Shown: positions 35,891-45,806 of the stretch, piece after piece
How positions within the stretch are numbered: position 1 is the stretch's first letter
How the letters are laid out: every line of letters starts with the position of its first letter
NCBI GenBank assembly: GCA_048013815.1
Contig: CM106586.1
Span: 20,336,001 to 20,400,000, forward strand
Direction of reading: 5' to 3'
Source of the DNA: Setoptus koraiensis
Lineage: Eukaryota > Animalia > Arthropoda
Length of the DNA stretch: 64,000 nucleotides
Made by a program: the position numbers and the translations under genes
The notes under the pieces: model-generated
What the model saw: only the letters and a program-made list of their open reading frames with translations
Databases searched by the model: none
Told to the model about the DNA's origin: nothing

Positions 35891-36290
35891 ATTTCTGATG
35901 ATCTCAACGTCGTCAGATTAACTAGCTAAATATAGTGTGTAACATGCGCACATATACATATACTTGTAATTATATGCCTTGGAGTGGGTGTTAGGTCCTA
36001 TTAGTTGGTGGCTCGGTATAACCGTTTGCTCGTATTTGAAAAATTTTTGTGGCATCGTCAGCGATCAAAGAAGTAATCCGTTTCCTCGCAGCATGTCGCC
36101 ATCGGTGACCTCTTTTTGGAAAGTCAATCCAACGTTGATCCAACGAAAGTATGGTTCCGTACAAATGAACACAGCATCGACGAGTTCAACTGATAAGATT
36201 TTTCAGCTTATTCAAGCACAATGTCAAAATGCTCTGATCCGTTTGGCTTGTTCATGTTGATAGCCTTCCTAACTCTTGCAAAACATCACT
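35891..36290 (-). pseudogene. NMD3: Partial degenerate duplicate of NMD3 with several internal deletions
   Basis: Collinear similarity to 33971-34038, 34131-34275 and 34473-~34695 of the intact gene (e.g. ATTTCTGATGATyTCAACGTCGT; GATCAAAGAAG; GCAGCATGTCGCC; TAAGATTTTTCAG) with substitutions and frame-breaking gaps. Confidence 0.9.
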
Positions 36291-38737
36291 ACATATTAAT
36301 TAATATCTATTCAATTATCATTTAATTTAGTGATTGCGCCCGACTTACCAACTATGGAGTGCAATAATCAAACTAGTCTCTTTATTAGACCACTAATTGT
36401 AGTGGTTAAAGAAACACACAATTGTAATTGATAAATCAAGATTAATTAACCTTAATTGTTGGTAATAAAAGAGATGTTCATATCATAAGGATTCACTTTT
36501 ATTTTCTGTGTTCTCGGGCCATTGTATGCATGGTCCAGTATTAGCCAGTAACTTTTACCTTAAGGGAATAAAGAATATCGGTCACTTTTGCTGAAAGAGA
36601 ACCGCAAAAGATCATAGCACAATTGTTGTTTTGCTAGTCGTCAACCCAGCTAACTGATCAACGAGATAGAGCGGGAGAGAGAGAGAGAGACAGACAGACT
36701 GACTGAGAGGTTTTCAGCCCAGTCTTGTGTCAACAAACAGATCTCATAGAATGTAAAAGTTGCCTTGGTATGCGGTTAGACTTAATTCTTCTTTTCATCT
36801 CTCTTTGTGTGGTCTAGAAACATACTATGGAACCAACAGTGGCAAGTGAGCGCATTTTGTCCACCTCAAACATTCACTGAACTTAAAATAAAACACTAAA
36901 AATGTAGTGAATATGCTTGCAAAGTTGATTCGCTACAGTCGTGTATCGGGCACTTTAGCGGCTCGGACATGCACTCTAGACGTTCCGAGCTACAAAAAGA
37001 TTGTACTCACGTTATGTGTCGGCTTGTTTTCCATGATTTGACAGGATAGATCTGTGATAGATATAAGATATATCTCAACAGATTTGATCATCTATTGTGT
37101 AATAGCACGCACACACTCACACATGTACTTGGACGCTACTTGTGTGATATGTGACGTAATGGTCAGTTGTTCATTTGTTAGTTTAGTGATGCAGATCGAT
37201 CAAATGACGGCAGAAACAATTCCATGTTTACATACGATTACGAGCAACAGTTGATTGAATTGTGGATGGCGTGTATTGCTTTTCTCACACTAGAATGATC
37301 TGGATGTTTTATCGTGCTGCAGCGAGCTTGTTGTGCGTGTGTATGTGTGTGGAATGGCACCCAACGAAACTGAACTGACCATCAGATGTTGTAGTGAAAT
37401 TGATATGGAATTTCGGTTTATTGTTCGTTTCTAGTTTTAAAGTCCAAAGTAAAGTAAATAATAATTTGTCCTATTGTAAAGCTGAATCCATTCATAGTTG
37501 CCATATTGTCATCATTTGGGTTGTTTGCTCTGCTGAAATTGATTACTTTCACATTTTCAAGGAATACCTAAGCTAGTGGCATGGACTATGGAGCAGATCA
37601 AAGTCAGTGCCCAAGCGAGCAAAAACAATTGCGTTCTATAACTGTCTCGATATGGCTGCAGTTGCTAGATGACCAATAGATGATAACTTGTTTGGTTTGG
37701 TTACTCTTGAAACAAAGAAAACTTTTGTTTGTCCGCTGTGTCGCGACGAAGAATCGCGAATGGGTATTTGCGATGAATTGTTGTTGTAGTTTTACCAATG
37801 ATTTGAGCGCATAATGGTCATAAGAGAGCAATGACATTCGGTTGGTATCGTTCCAGTAAAAAGGTTTTCACAAATTGACCGCACTATTGATACAGGCAGC
37901 TCAGCATAGCTTGTTGTTTCTTTATTACATCTCATGTGATCTCTATGTGATTTATTAATATCTTCGGCCATTGTCTATCTGATACATTGTGCCAGGCCTA
38001 AGTGGTGCCAATAGACTGATGCTGGAAAAAGCAAATTACAGTAGGTGTTGCAGTTCAACAGCATGCCGACTGAACTGGCACTGGCCAGCATACCGTAGTA
38101 GTTCTATATGGAACGTGTGTGTGTGTGTGTGTGTATAATGTGACTCAAGTGAAATCTATCAATATCAACAAAAGTTCCATCATGGGCCGCACCATAAATG
38201 TTCGGTACACAAGAGAGTTCCAGTGCAACTCACTCTCGCTAGCTCGCAGTGGCGGCATACGCAAGTAAACAATTGGGTAAACAAGAGTTCAGTGATATAG
38301 GCTCGTTTCATCGGTGTGCGCGTTCGATCATCGGTTGCACACACTCACACACACATTCGATTTGTTCGTGGTAATCAATGCCGCTGTCAGCTCATTCGTT
38401 CATGTGCAATCGATCCGCTAGTATCGCAAGCGCGCTTACATGTCGCGCTCACACTGAAGCACTTGCGCACTCTCATGCCAGCCAATAAATCGAACTTTTC
38501 ACCAGCCAACAGATCGTCATCAGCTACCCAGTGTCGAACTATCGTAGCCATTGGACACATTAGAGCCGCCATTAGAAAGTATATCAGCGACAGTCGTGCA
38601 TTCAGCAGCATCATGCATTGAACATGATCGAACAAAATTAGCAACATTCCTGCATCGGCGCTCGTTCATCATCATCACCAACACGCACCACACAGCTATA
38701 GTAAACAACAAACCTCCAGTCACACCACACAACCAGC

Positions 38738-41700
38738 ATGTTGGACATGGCAACCAGCGCACTCAAGACAAGATTTGTTCGGCGCCTCAAGCTGCCAGCA
38801 TCAGTGATGATTCGCTTGAGCAAACTGAAAAACAAAATGGCGCCAAATTGTGCAACGAGCGGCAATGAGGGCACCCGCTCGGCACAGAGCAAGCTGTTTA
38901 AAGTGAAGCAGTTCGTGTTGCACCCACCAAAGTTTGAATTGAACAAGAGCGCAAAATCAACTTGTTCGCTCACCAGATCACCGCGTGCAGCGACCTCCGC
39001 TGCATCGAGCGCAGCCAACCAAACAACCAACGAATCTGAACGCAGCCTGCAGCGTGCACAAAAGCAAAAAGTTCGATTTGGCGAAAGTGGCCTACAGGTT
39101 TGTAGAAACAGCAACAAGTTGCAGCAACACACCAAGAATTTGTTATTGAATTTGAAAATTAAGAGAAGCCTCACAACAAAACAGAAGAAATCAGTGGTGC
39201 CCAATCTCATTTTGACCATCGTCGCCGCGGCTTTTATCTTGTGCAACATCACGCAAGCTCTCACAAACCCGACCCAAGTATCCAAAAGTGAAAAAGGAAC
39301 CAAGAGGCTCGCCTTTTGGAATGTCACCAATTCGCAACAAAATGGCGCCAACGCAACAGCCAACAGAGGTCTGGCCGACAAGACAAACAACGAATATTCT
39401 TCAGTGGGCACACCAGTCAATATACGCGTTCAAACTGTAGAGAATATTGTTGTGCCAGTAGACAAGATTTCCACTACAATATCCATCAACAACGATTCGT
39501 CGTATCTGTACAATGCAAATCATCACTCTCACGCGCCTCATAAAGAACTGTCGCCCAGATCACTCTCAAATCACACCAATGGCTTGGTGCAATCAATTAT
39601 TTTGCCGGACAGTAACAGCAACAACGATGCCAATGTCACCACGCAAATGTCCAGCGGACAAATGGGCATCGACGACGAGTACGACGTGCTCACAACAACC
39701 GAGGCACCCTACACAATAGTCACAAATGCTATCGACGACTCAATCGGCAACAATAACAATCACAGCAACAACAACAACAATCACAGCGGCAACAATTTCA
39801 CCAATGAGGCCAATAAGACAATCAATGAAACAATCATCGGAATCAACTATGGTGACCCTCATCGGACACAACAAGAACTATTGTCGCCTGGCTACAACCA
39901 AAACAACAACAACAATCACGAGAAACGTCTAATCCCGCAGCAAACATACGACAAAACTATCAGTAGCATGGATCGCAATTATAGATCGCTTCTCAATGCC
40001 ACCACTACTTTGGCCAATCTTGGTCACTTAATCAACGCTGGTACCACTAGTAGCAGCAACCATATATCGCCCTGGTCCAACGATACTATGAGCTCGTCTA
40101 GTAGCATTAGAGATTATAATATCAACACTAGCACAAAACATGACAACGATGCCTATCGACGCAACAATTATCTGGTAAATCGACTACGCGAGAACGCAAT
40201 CATTGAGACTCTTGCAAAAACAACTATGGCTTACGCGCTAGGCGGACAAGCTAATAATGCCTCTATCGCTAGATTAAATTTTAGATATCAACCCCATTCT
40301 ACGCGATCAATTCAGGTTGGCCAAAATGTGGGCCCTTCCACCGCAAGTATGCCACAGGTGCCTTCGTACGATGCAATCAATCAAACTCTTGCAAATAATA
40401 ATTTGACTAATCATTTGAATTACACTCAGGCTAACAATCAATTGACATCTGCATCATACAATAAACCATCCACTGTTAATTCATATGCGAGAAATTTGTA
40501 TCCTTCCGACGCTAGTCAACAGCAACAAATTAACAATAATAACAATGCGGATACTAATTGGCAGACAAATGTCCAAAATGCTCTCATTTACCAACTTGCA
40601 CAACAACAAGATCAACAACGGCAGAATATGTTAAATCTGATTCAATTTGAGCAGCATAAGGCTACCAATCCAGTTGATAATATCATGCAATACTCGAGAT
40701 ATAATTTAACTAATAATCAGATAGAGAGCAACCCTCAAGCGTCAATGCCCAATCATTACAATCATCGCATTGAACCTCAAGATTCTCAAGTTTCGATGAT
40801 CAATTTATCGGACGACATAGATCACACATCAAGCCCACAAAAGTATCAACAACATCCGCTAACGGATCATAGCAGAGTAGGGTCCCATATAACAAACAAT
40901 CTGACCAATCATGAGGCATTGCCAACAACTCAAACTGTCCTTACGTACGATCCGAACACACCCATGTCGTTTATATCACAATGGCAACAGCAATCAGCCC
41001 AGCAGAATATCAATCAGCAGGCAACTGGGGCAAGCTCACCAACGAATCAAATAGCTAAAGGTCGCGCTCTACCATTGCCACAATCAATGCAGTATCAGAC
41101 CGACTTCAATCAGAGCAATTACAATCAAACGAAACCCAATTACCTTGCGCAGCAGCAACCAATTCAGAATCATGCAACAACAGTTTCCAATCTTTACAAT
41201 AGAGATAATCTACCTATGGCAACTGTTGCCATGAACGCGGTCCCAACTCCGACACTTTCGACAAATGGTAATTCTTATCCATTCACATCTGTGAACGAAA
41301 AGACTATTCCATCATTAAGACCATCTTTGACTCCGGCGACAATGACCATGTCATCGAACAATAAACATCAGATCAGTGATGATAGTGTAATAGCCCAATT
41401 ATTGGCTGCTAAATTAAACTTTTTAGAGCAAACCAGAGGTGATGCGACTAAATCTCGTCCATACCAGTCAACTTACAACTATGGCACCTCGCCCTCATCG
41501 CATATCCCAAGCAACATAGAAGAATTGATGGCTGCCTCCTCATTTGCGGGACTAAACGATAATATTAAGATGCCCTTAGTTAAAGACCAATGGCTTCAGA
41601 ATGCACCAATGAATAATCAATTTCAGCAACAACAAATCATCTACCCCAAGTTACCGTTGGGTACGCAAGAATTCACTAGATCTCCCTCTGATACAGTCCA

Positions 41701-44700
41701 GTATACTAATTCCAATTCTTATAGCTCAATTAACAATGATAAATATCCAACAAGATATAATAACCTTGACAGCAATTCCTATGCTAACTCGTACAGACCT
41801 CAGTTGAATAGCCTGTTCACCGAGTCTCCTAAACCTTTCACTGCTGACCAGCCTTTCTTTAGTTCTAGCAACTATATAACATCGAACACAAATGCACCGA
41901 ATGCTTATTCACATTCACCCACAATGCATAATTCCACATTAGGATATTATCAATCATTATTAACGAATGCCACATTACACAACTTGAGTGCTTTACTCAC
42001 GAGTCTATATTTTAGTCGGCCACAACAAAATATTCAAGCAATTAGTAACGCATTGATGGGCAAACAACCGAGTTCCCAGGAAGCTCTGAACTTCGACCCG
42101 AAGCTATTCTCCAGTTCGAACAATGATGCTAGCATAATTAACATGAACAGACCATCCCTGTCTACCCCTTCCATAGATAGTGCCTTTCTTCAGGCGCTGA
42201 GGCCCCAAAAAGAAGATGAACGATTTTTCTCAAATGGTAACAACAATAACGACTTCGTTTCTGCAAATGTTTACTTGAAAAACATGCTTTCCGCTGGTGT
42301 TTCCAATAATAAGCCATCGGTTGATAATTTTTCCCCAAGTAATAGTGATCTGATGACGAGTAGCCAAAACAAGTTGAGGCCTCAATCAAACAATGTCTAT
42401 TTTGGCAATTATAACAATCAAATCGACGAAAATAACCAAGAGAGCAACTTCAATCCATCCATTCAGAGTAGTAGCGCCAAATATTTTGATTCCGACTACA
42501 GATTTCCAACCGTTGTTAATAATATCAAAGGTTTCACAGACAAATACAACAGTTTCTACAATAGTATTAATAATGATAAAACAAATTATTACCAAACTAC
42601 GGTTCGACCTAATGTGCCTGTTACTACTGGGCCATATAACACTATCACAACGACTTCGACAACAACTCCATCGACTACTACAAGCACAACGACAACCCAT
42701 AAACCAGTAACATCAACAGAATCTCAAATCGATCAGCATAATAAGCTCTTCGACTATGATCTACATCCTTCGAACGACTCAAACAAAGAAGGAACTGCTC
42801 AATCTAATCGTAACGGAAAAGGAAATCAACTTAATAATGCCAATTCGAATCATCGCCAGCCTAAAAAGTCATCCGACACATCTTCGTCGCCATCATCCAA
42901 TGGTAAATCGAGCAATAGTCACGATTTTTATAAATCCAAACAGTCTTTGCGGACGCACACTCACAGCTACTATGATGTCAATAAGGATTTAGATTTCGAT
43001 CATGATCAATTATCTGTGTTTGGAGACAATAAAAAATTCGCAACTTCATCACCGGACAATAACGATCATCTTTTTAGTGGTAGCCAGTTACAGTTGGACT
43101 CAAGCAAATTCAATACAGCACTTCCTTCGTGGTTAGATAAACAGCTAATATTTGAAGAGGCCTTAGCTAATAGTGCTTGGCAAAAAGCATCTGCATCTGT
43201 CGCAAGCCAGACATATGCATTCAGACCACCTAGTTCGTACAATCAGATGGACCCGTTGACAGCAGCACTACAAGAATTGCCCACGTTTTCAGCATCCGAC
43301 TTACAGCCTATCTATCCGACCAGTCCGTATGCGTTCACTGGACATTCCAGTCCTTATCAACCAGAATCATCTCACACACAAATGGCTGGAATATCGTTAC
43401 ATCACCCTCCACAAAAAGCAACCGCTGCTGCAACAATTACTGCCCCGGCAACGATACCAGCATTTTTTGTTAGATTTCCAACTACAAGTTCGTTATCCGC
43501 GGCTCTTGCTAGTCCTTTTAGTAGCCTTTATTCCAGTTTGCCTCGCCGGCCATCGAAGAAACCAGTGGGAGGAGACAATAGTGCCAGTCAATCACAGAAG
43601 AGCAAAAAGATATTGTCCTTTGCCCCACATTATTCACTTGCGTCTGAGACCTCTAGTGGCTCTCATCAATCTAGTAATTTGGGATTACCGGGTGGTCAAC
43701 TATTTTGGAAGATTTTACCAAGCCTGTGGGCAAAGAAGCAAGCATCTCTTAATTTGCTGCAACCTTCGGCTAGCTCTTTGAAAAACCAAATTCAAATTAC
43801 ATCGCCTGTCAATGGAATGGGCCAAAAATCATCTTCAAAGATAAAAATGAAGTTTGTCAAAGTACCTGTGGCAATATTCGAGCCAAGTTCTACTTTAGCA
43901 GCACCATCTTCGCCCATGGCTGCAATGTTAGCCTCTCTTACAAACCCTATCGGTTCAATCCACAGTCCCTATTCATCATCATCGGATCAATCTAATACAG
44001 CGTTTACAATGAGCGCCTTGACCTCAATGGGGGCTCTTCCATCATTACATGCAAATTCATTGCTGAGTTCAGCGTTTGACCAAAACGAATTAACTGCCGT
44101 GAGCTCAAACAGTCAACCAAGAGTGTCTGCACCAAAAAGTCAACCATACTTCGATATACCAGCAGCTTCTTCTAACCTCTATCCTATGGCATCTCAGATC
44201 CATCCTAAAACAGTACCCGCACCCGTAATTAGCCCCAGTCAACCACCTGAGCCGATAATCAATCAAAATATTGCAATTATTGCTCACCCAAAAGTGCTGA
44301 GCCCATCGAATCAGGAACAGACAACAAAATCTGTTTACTTATTAGATGATGGTAACATTTATTTGGATGAATGGGTTCAACCGTCAACATTTTTTCCCAT
44401 CTATTTATCCAAATTTGCCTCCACTAATCAAAAATCATCTTCCCAGCGAAGACCAAACTCCAACGCGAATGAGCAGCAAGAATTATCCTCCGTCGGCAGT
44501 TCGATGAATTCAACCTTCTTGAAAGGCCCCAACACGAATACCACCACCATCAGTCAACGAGCTCCGAACTCACCACCATCACAAGAGGCACCAGAATCGC
44601 AGAATGCAGAGCCAATGCAACAACAGGCTAGTACGAATCTAAATAGTCCAAATTATTGGCGCCGATATGATAAAGGAATCAGATTAAATTTGAGCAGTAG

Positions 44701-45043
44701 TGTCGACACAATGCCATCGAACGAAATCGACATCACTCATCTAGTAACGGGTCCAATGTGGACACAACAAGGTGCCATCAACGGGGAACAGTCTAAACTA
44801 GAAAATTCTCAACAAGAAAACACGCCAATTCAAGAGGTAATCTGGCCAGGTCACATTGGTGATAATAGTCAAAAAGATCCTACAATACAAAATCATGCAG
44901 ATGAATATCAGCAATCACTTATGGGCCAAGTGAATGAAATTATGACGAAACAATCCAAGATCATGTCGAAGAAGAATCAGGAAAAACTTCTAAGTGCCAA
45001 TAAAAGGATACCACAATCTCATTTTATCGCAAGGACTATATAG
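38738..45043 (+). CDS. Large intronless uncharacterised N/Q/S/T-rich protein, 2101 aa, probably type II membrane or secreted
   Basis: A 6.3-kb stop-free frame in AT-rich DNA cannot plausibly be chance; a single hydrophobic segment (VVPNLILTIVAAAFILCNITQA, ~39194-39258) follows a basic run; AATAAA at 45239-45244. No domain recognised; start codon uncertain. Confidence 0.8.
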   Translation: MLDMATSALKTRFVRRLKLPASVMIRLSKLKNKMAPNCATSGNEGTRSAQSKLFKVKQFVLHPPKFELNKSAKSTCSLTRSPRAATSAASSAANQTTNESERSLQRAQKQKVRFGESGLQVCRNSNKLQQHTKNLLLNLKIKRSLTTKQKKSVVPNLILTIVAAAFILCNITQALTNPTQVSKSEKGTKRLAFWNVTNSQQNGANATANRGLADKTNNEYSSVGTPVNIRVQTVENIVVPVDKISTTISINNDSSYLYNANHHSHAPHKELSPRSLSNHTNGLVQSIILPDSNSNNDANVTTQMSSGQMGIDDEYDVLTTTEAPYTIVTNAIDDSIGNNNNHSNNNNNHSGNNFTNEANKTINETIIGINYGDPHRTQQELLSPGYNQNNNNNHEKRLIPQQTYDKTISSMDRNYRSLLNATTTLANLGHLINAGTTSSSNHISPWSNDTMSSSSSIRDYNINTSTKHDNDAYRRNNYLVNRLRENAIIETLAKTTMAYALGGQANNASIARLNFRYQPHSTRSIQVGQNVGPSTASMPQVPSYDAINQTLANNNLTNHLNYTQANNQLTSASYNKPSTVNSYARNLYPSDASQQQQINNNNNADTNWQTNVQNALIYQLAQQQDQQRQNMLNLIQFEQHKATNPVDNIMQYSRYNLTNNQIESNPQASMPNHYNHRIEPQDSQVSMINLSDDIDHTSSPQKYQQHPLTDHSRVGSHITNNLTNHEALPTTQTVLTYDPNTPMSFISQWQQQSAQQNINQQATGASSPTNQIAKGRALPLPQSMQYQTDFNQSNYNQTKPNYLAQQQPIQNHATTVSNLYNRDNLPMATVAMNAVPTPTLSTNGNSYPFTSVNEKTIPSLRPSLTPATMTMSSNNKHQISDDSVIAQLLAAKLNFLEQTRGDATKSRPYQSTYNYGTSPSSHIPSNIEELMAASSFAGLNDNIKMPLVKDQWLQNAPMNNQFQQQQIIYPKLPLGTQEFTRSPSDTVQYTNSNSYSSINNDKYPTRYNNLDSNSYANSYRPQLNSLFTESPKPFTADQPFFSSSNYITSNTNAPNAYSHSPTMHNSTLGYYQSLLTNATLHNLSALLTSLYFSRPQQNIQAISNALMGKQPSSQEALNFDPKLFSSSNNDASIINMNRPSLSTPSIDSAFLQALRPQKEDERFFSNGNNNNDFVSANVYLKNMLSAGVSNNKPSVDNFSPSNSDLMTSSQNKLRPQSNNVYFGNYNNQIDENNQESNFNPSIQSSSAKYFDSDYRFPTVVNNIKGFTDKYNSFYNSINNDKTNYYQTTVRPNVPVTTGPYNTITTTSTTTPSTTTSTTTTHKPVTSTESQIDQHNKLFDYDLHPSNDSNKEGTAQSNRNGKGNQLNNANSNHRQPKKSSDTSSSPSSNGKSSNSHDFYKSKQSLRTHTHSYYDVNKDLDFDHDQLSVFGDNKKFATSSPDNNDHLFSGSQLQLDSSKFNTALPSWLDKQLIFEEALANSAWQKASASVASQTYAFRPPSSYNQMDPLTAALQELPTFSASDLQPIYPTSPYAFTGHSSPYQPESSHTQMAGISLHHPPQKATAAATITAPATIPAFFVRFPTTSSLSAALASPFSSLYSSLPRRPSKKPVGGDNSASQSQKSKKILSFAPHYSLASETSSGSHQSSNLGLPGGQLFWKILPSLWAKKQASLNLLQPSASSLKNQIQITSPVNGMGQKSSSKIKMKFVKVPVAIFEPSSTLAAPSSPMAAMLASLTNPIGSIHSPYSSSSDQSNTAFTMSALTSMGALPSLHANSLLSSAFDQNELTAVSSNSQPRVSAPKSQPYFDIPAASSNLYPMASQIHPKTVPAPVISPSQPPEPIINQNIAIIAHPKVLSPSNQEQTTKSVYLLDDGNIYLDEWVQPSTFFPIYLSKFASTNQKSSSQRRPNSNANEQQELSSVGSSMNSTFLKGPNTNTTTISQRAPNSPPSQEAPESQNAEPMQQQASTNLNSPNYWRRYDKGIRLNLSSSVDTMPSNEIDITHLVTGPMWTQQGAINGEQSKLENSQQENTPIQEVIWPGHIGDNSQKDPTIQNHADEYQQSLMGQVNEIMTKQSKIMSKKNQEKLLSANKRIPQSHFIARTI

Positions 45044-45806
45044 CAAAGAAAGAAACGACAACTGAACAACGTTGAGAGGGATCCATCATTTAGTTATATA
45101 GGAAGTCTCCACAAATCAATTTAGAACTGACCCAAGAGAGGCTAGCAGGTCTTGAATGCATCTTTATATGATAAATGGCTTTATATACCACTTGTTAAAA
45201 TTGTTGAACTAGATGCTTCCTGTCTGGACTATTTTCATAATAAAGATATAAACAAACAACAAATGGTGTAATGTTTCCTTGATCATGGGACGTAATTGTC
45301 TGGCGGATTATCGACGTCTCTTCGATGATGATAATTAATACCTGCACATCAATTGTCTGCTGTTTTCAATTGTGAAAATTCGGCGAGCTAGCCGACTGCC
45401 CACCAACGACAGTACTAAACTACAGTATACAAATATTCGGGAATGGACTTACGAGCTTACTGAAAGTTGTGGACGCAAGGTACAAACAGTGCCTTGTGAT
45501 AATGTTTTTCTTTGTCGAGTGATGGCGCTCCGATGGCTGTCCAGCGAGTCTAGTTGTGTAAGACAGTGTCCGTTAGAGTAACGGTAATCATGATGCTTCA
45601 CAATGCTTGACCACATATATATACTTGTTCGCATAGGAATGGCAATTCATTTGAGCTTTAGTTATCGTTCAATGAACAACTCAATAGTAGCTTGTAACTT
45701 TCACCAACTAACCACTGACAGCTAACACACAATCAGAATCGTGCTTGTGCTTCCATCAGGTTGTATTTTATCTGTATGAATTAGTGTGTGTGTACGATAC
45801 CAATTG

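Noticed and set aside
35979-36260. 93-aa plus-strand ORF
   Set aside because: Antisense shadow of the NMD3 pseudogene.
38638-39420. 260-aa minus-strand ORF
   Set aside because: Antisense shadow of the 2101-aa gene; no domain.
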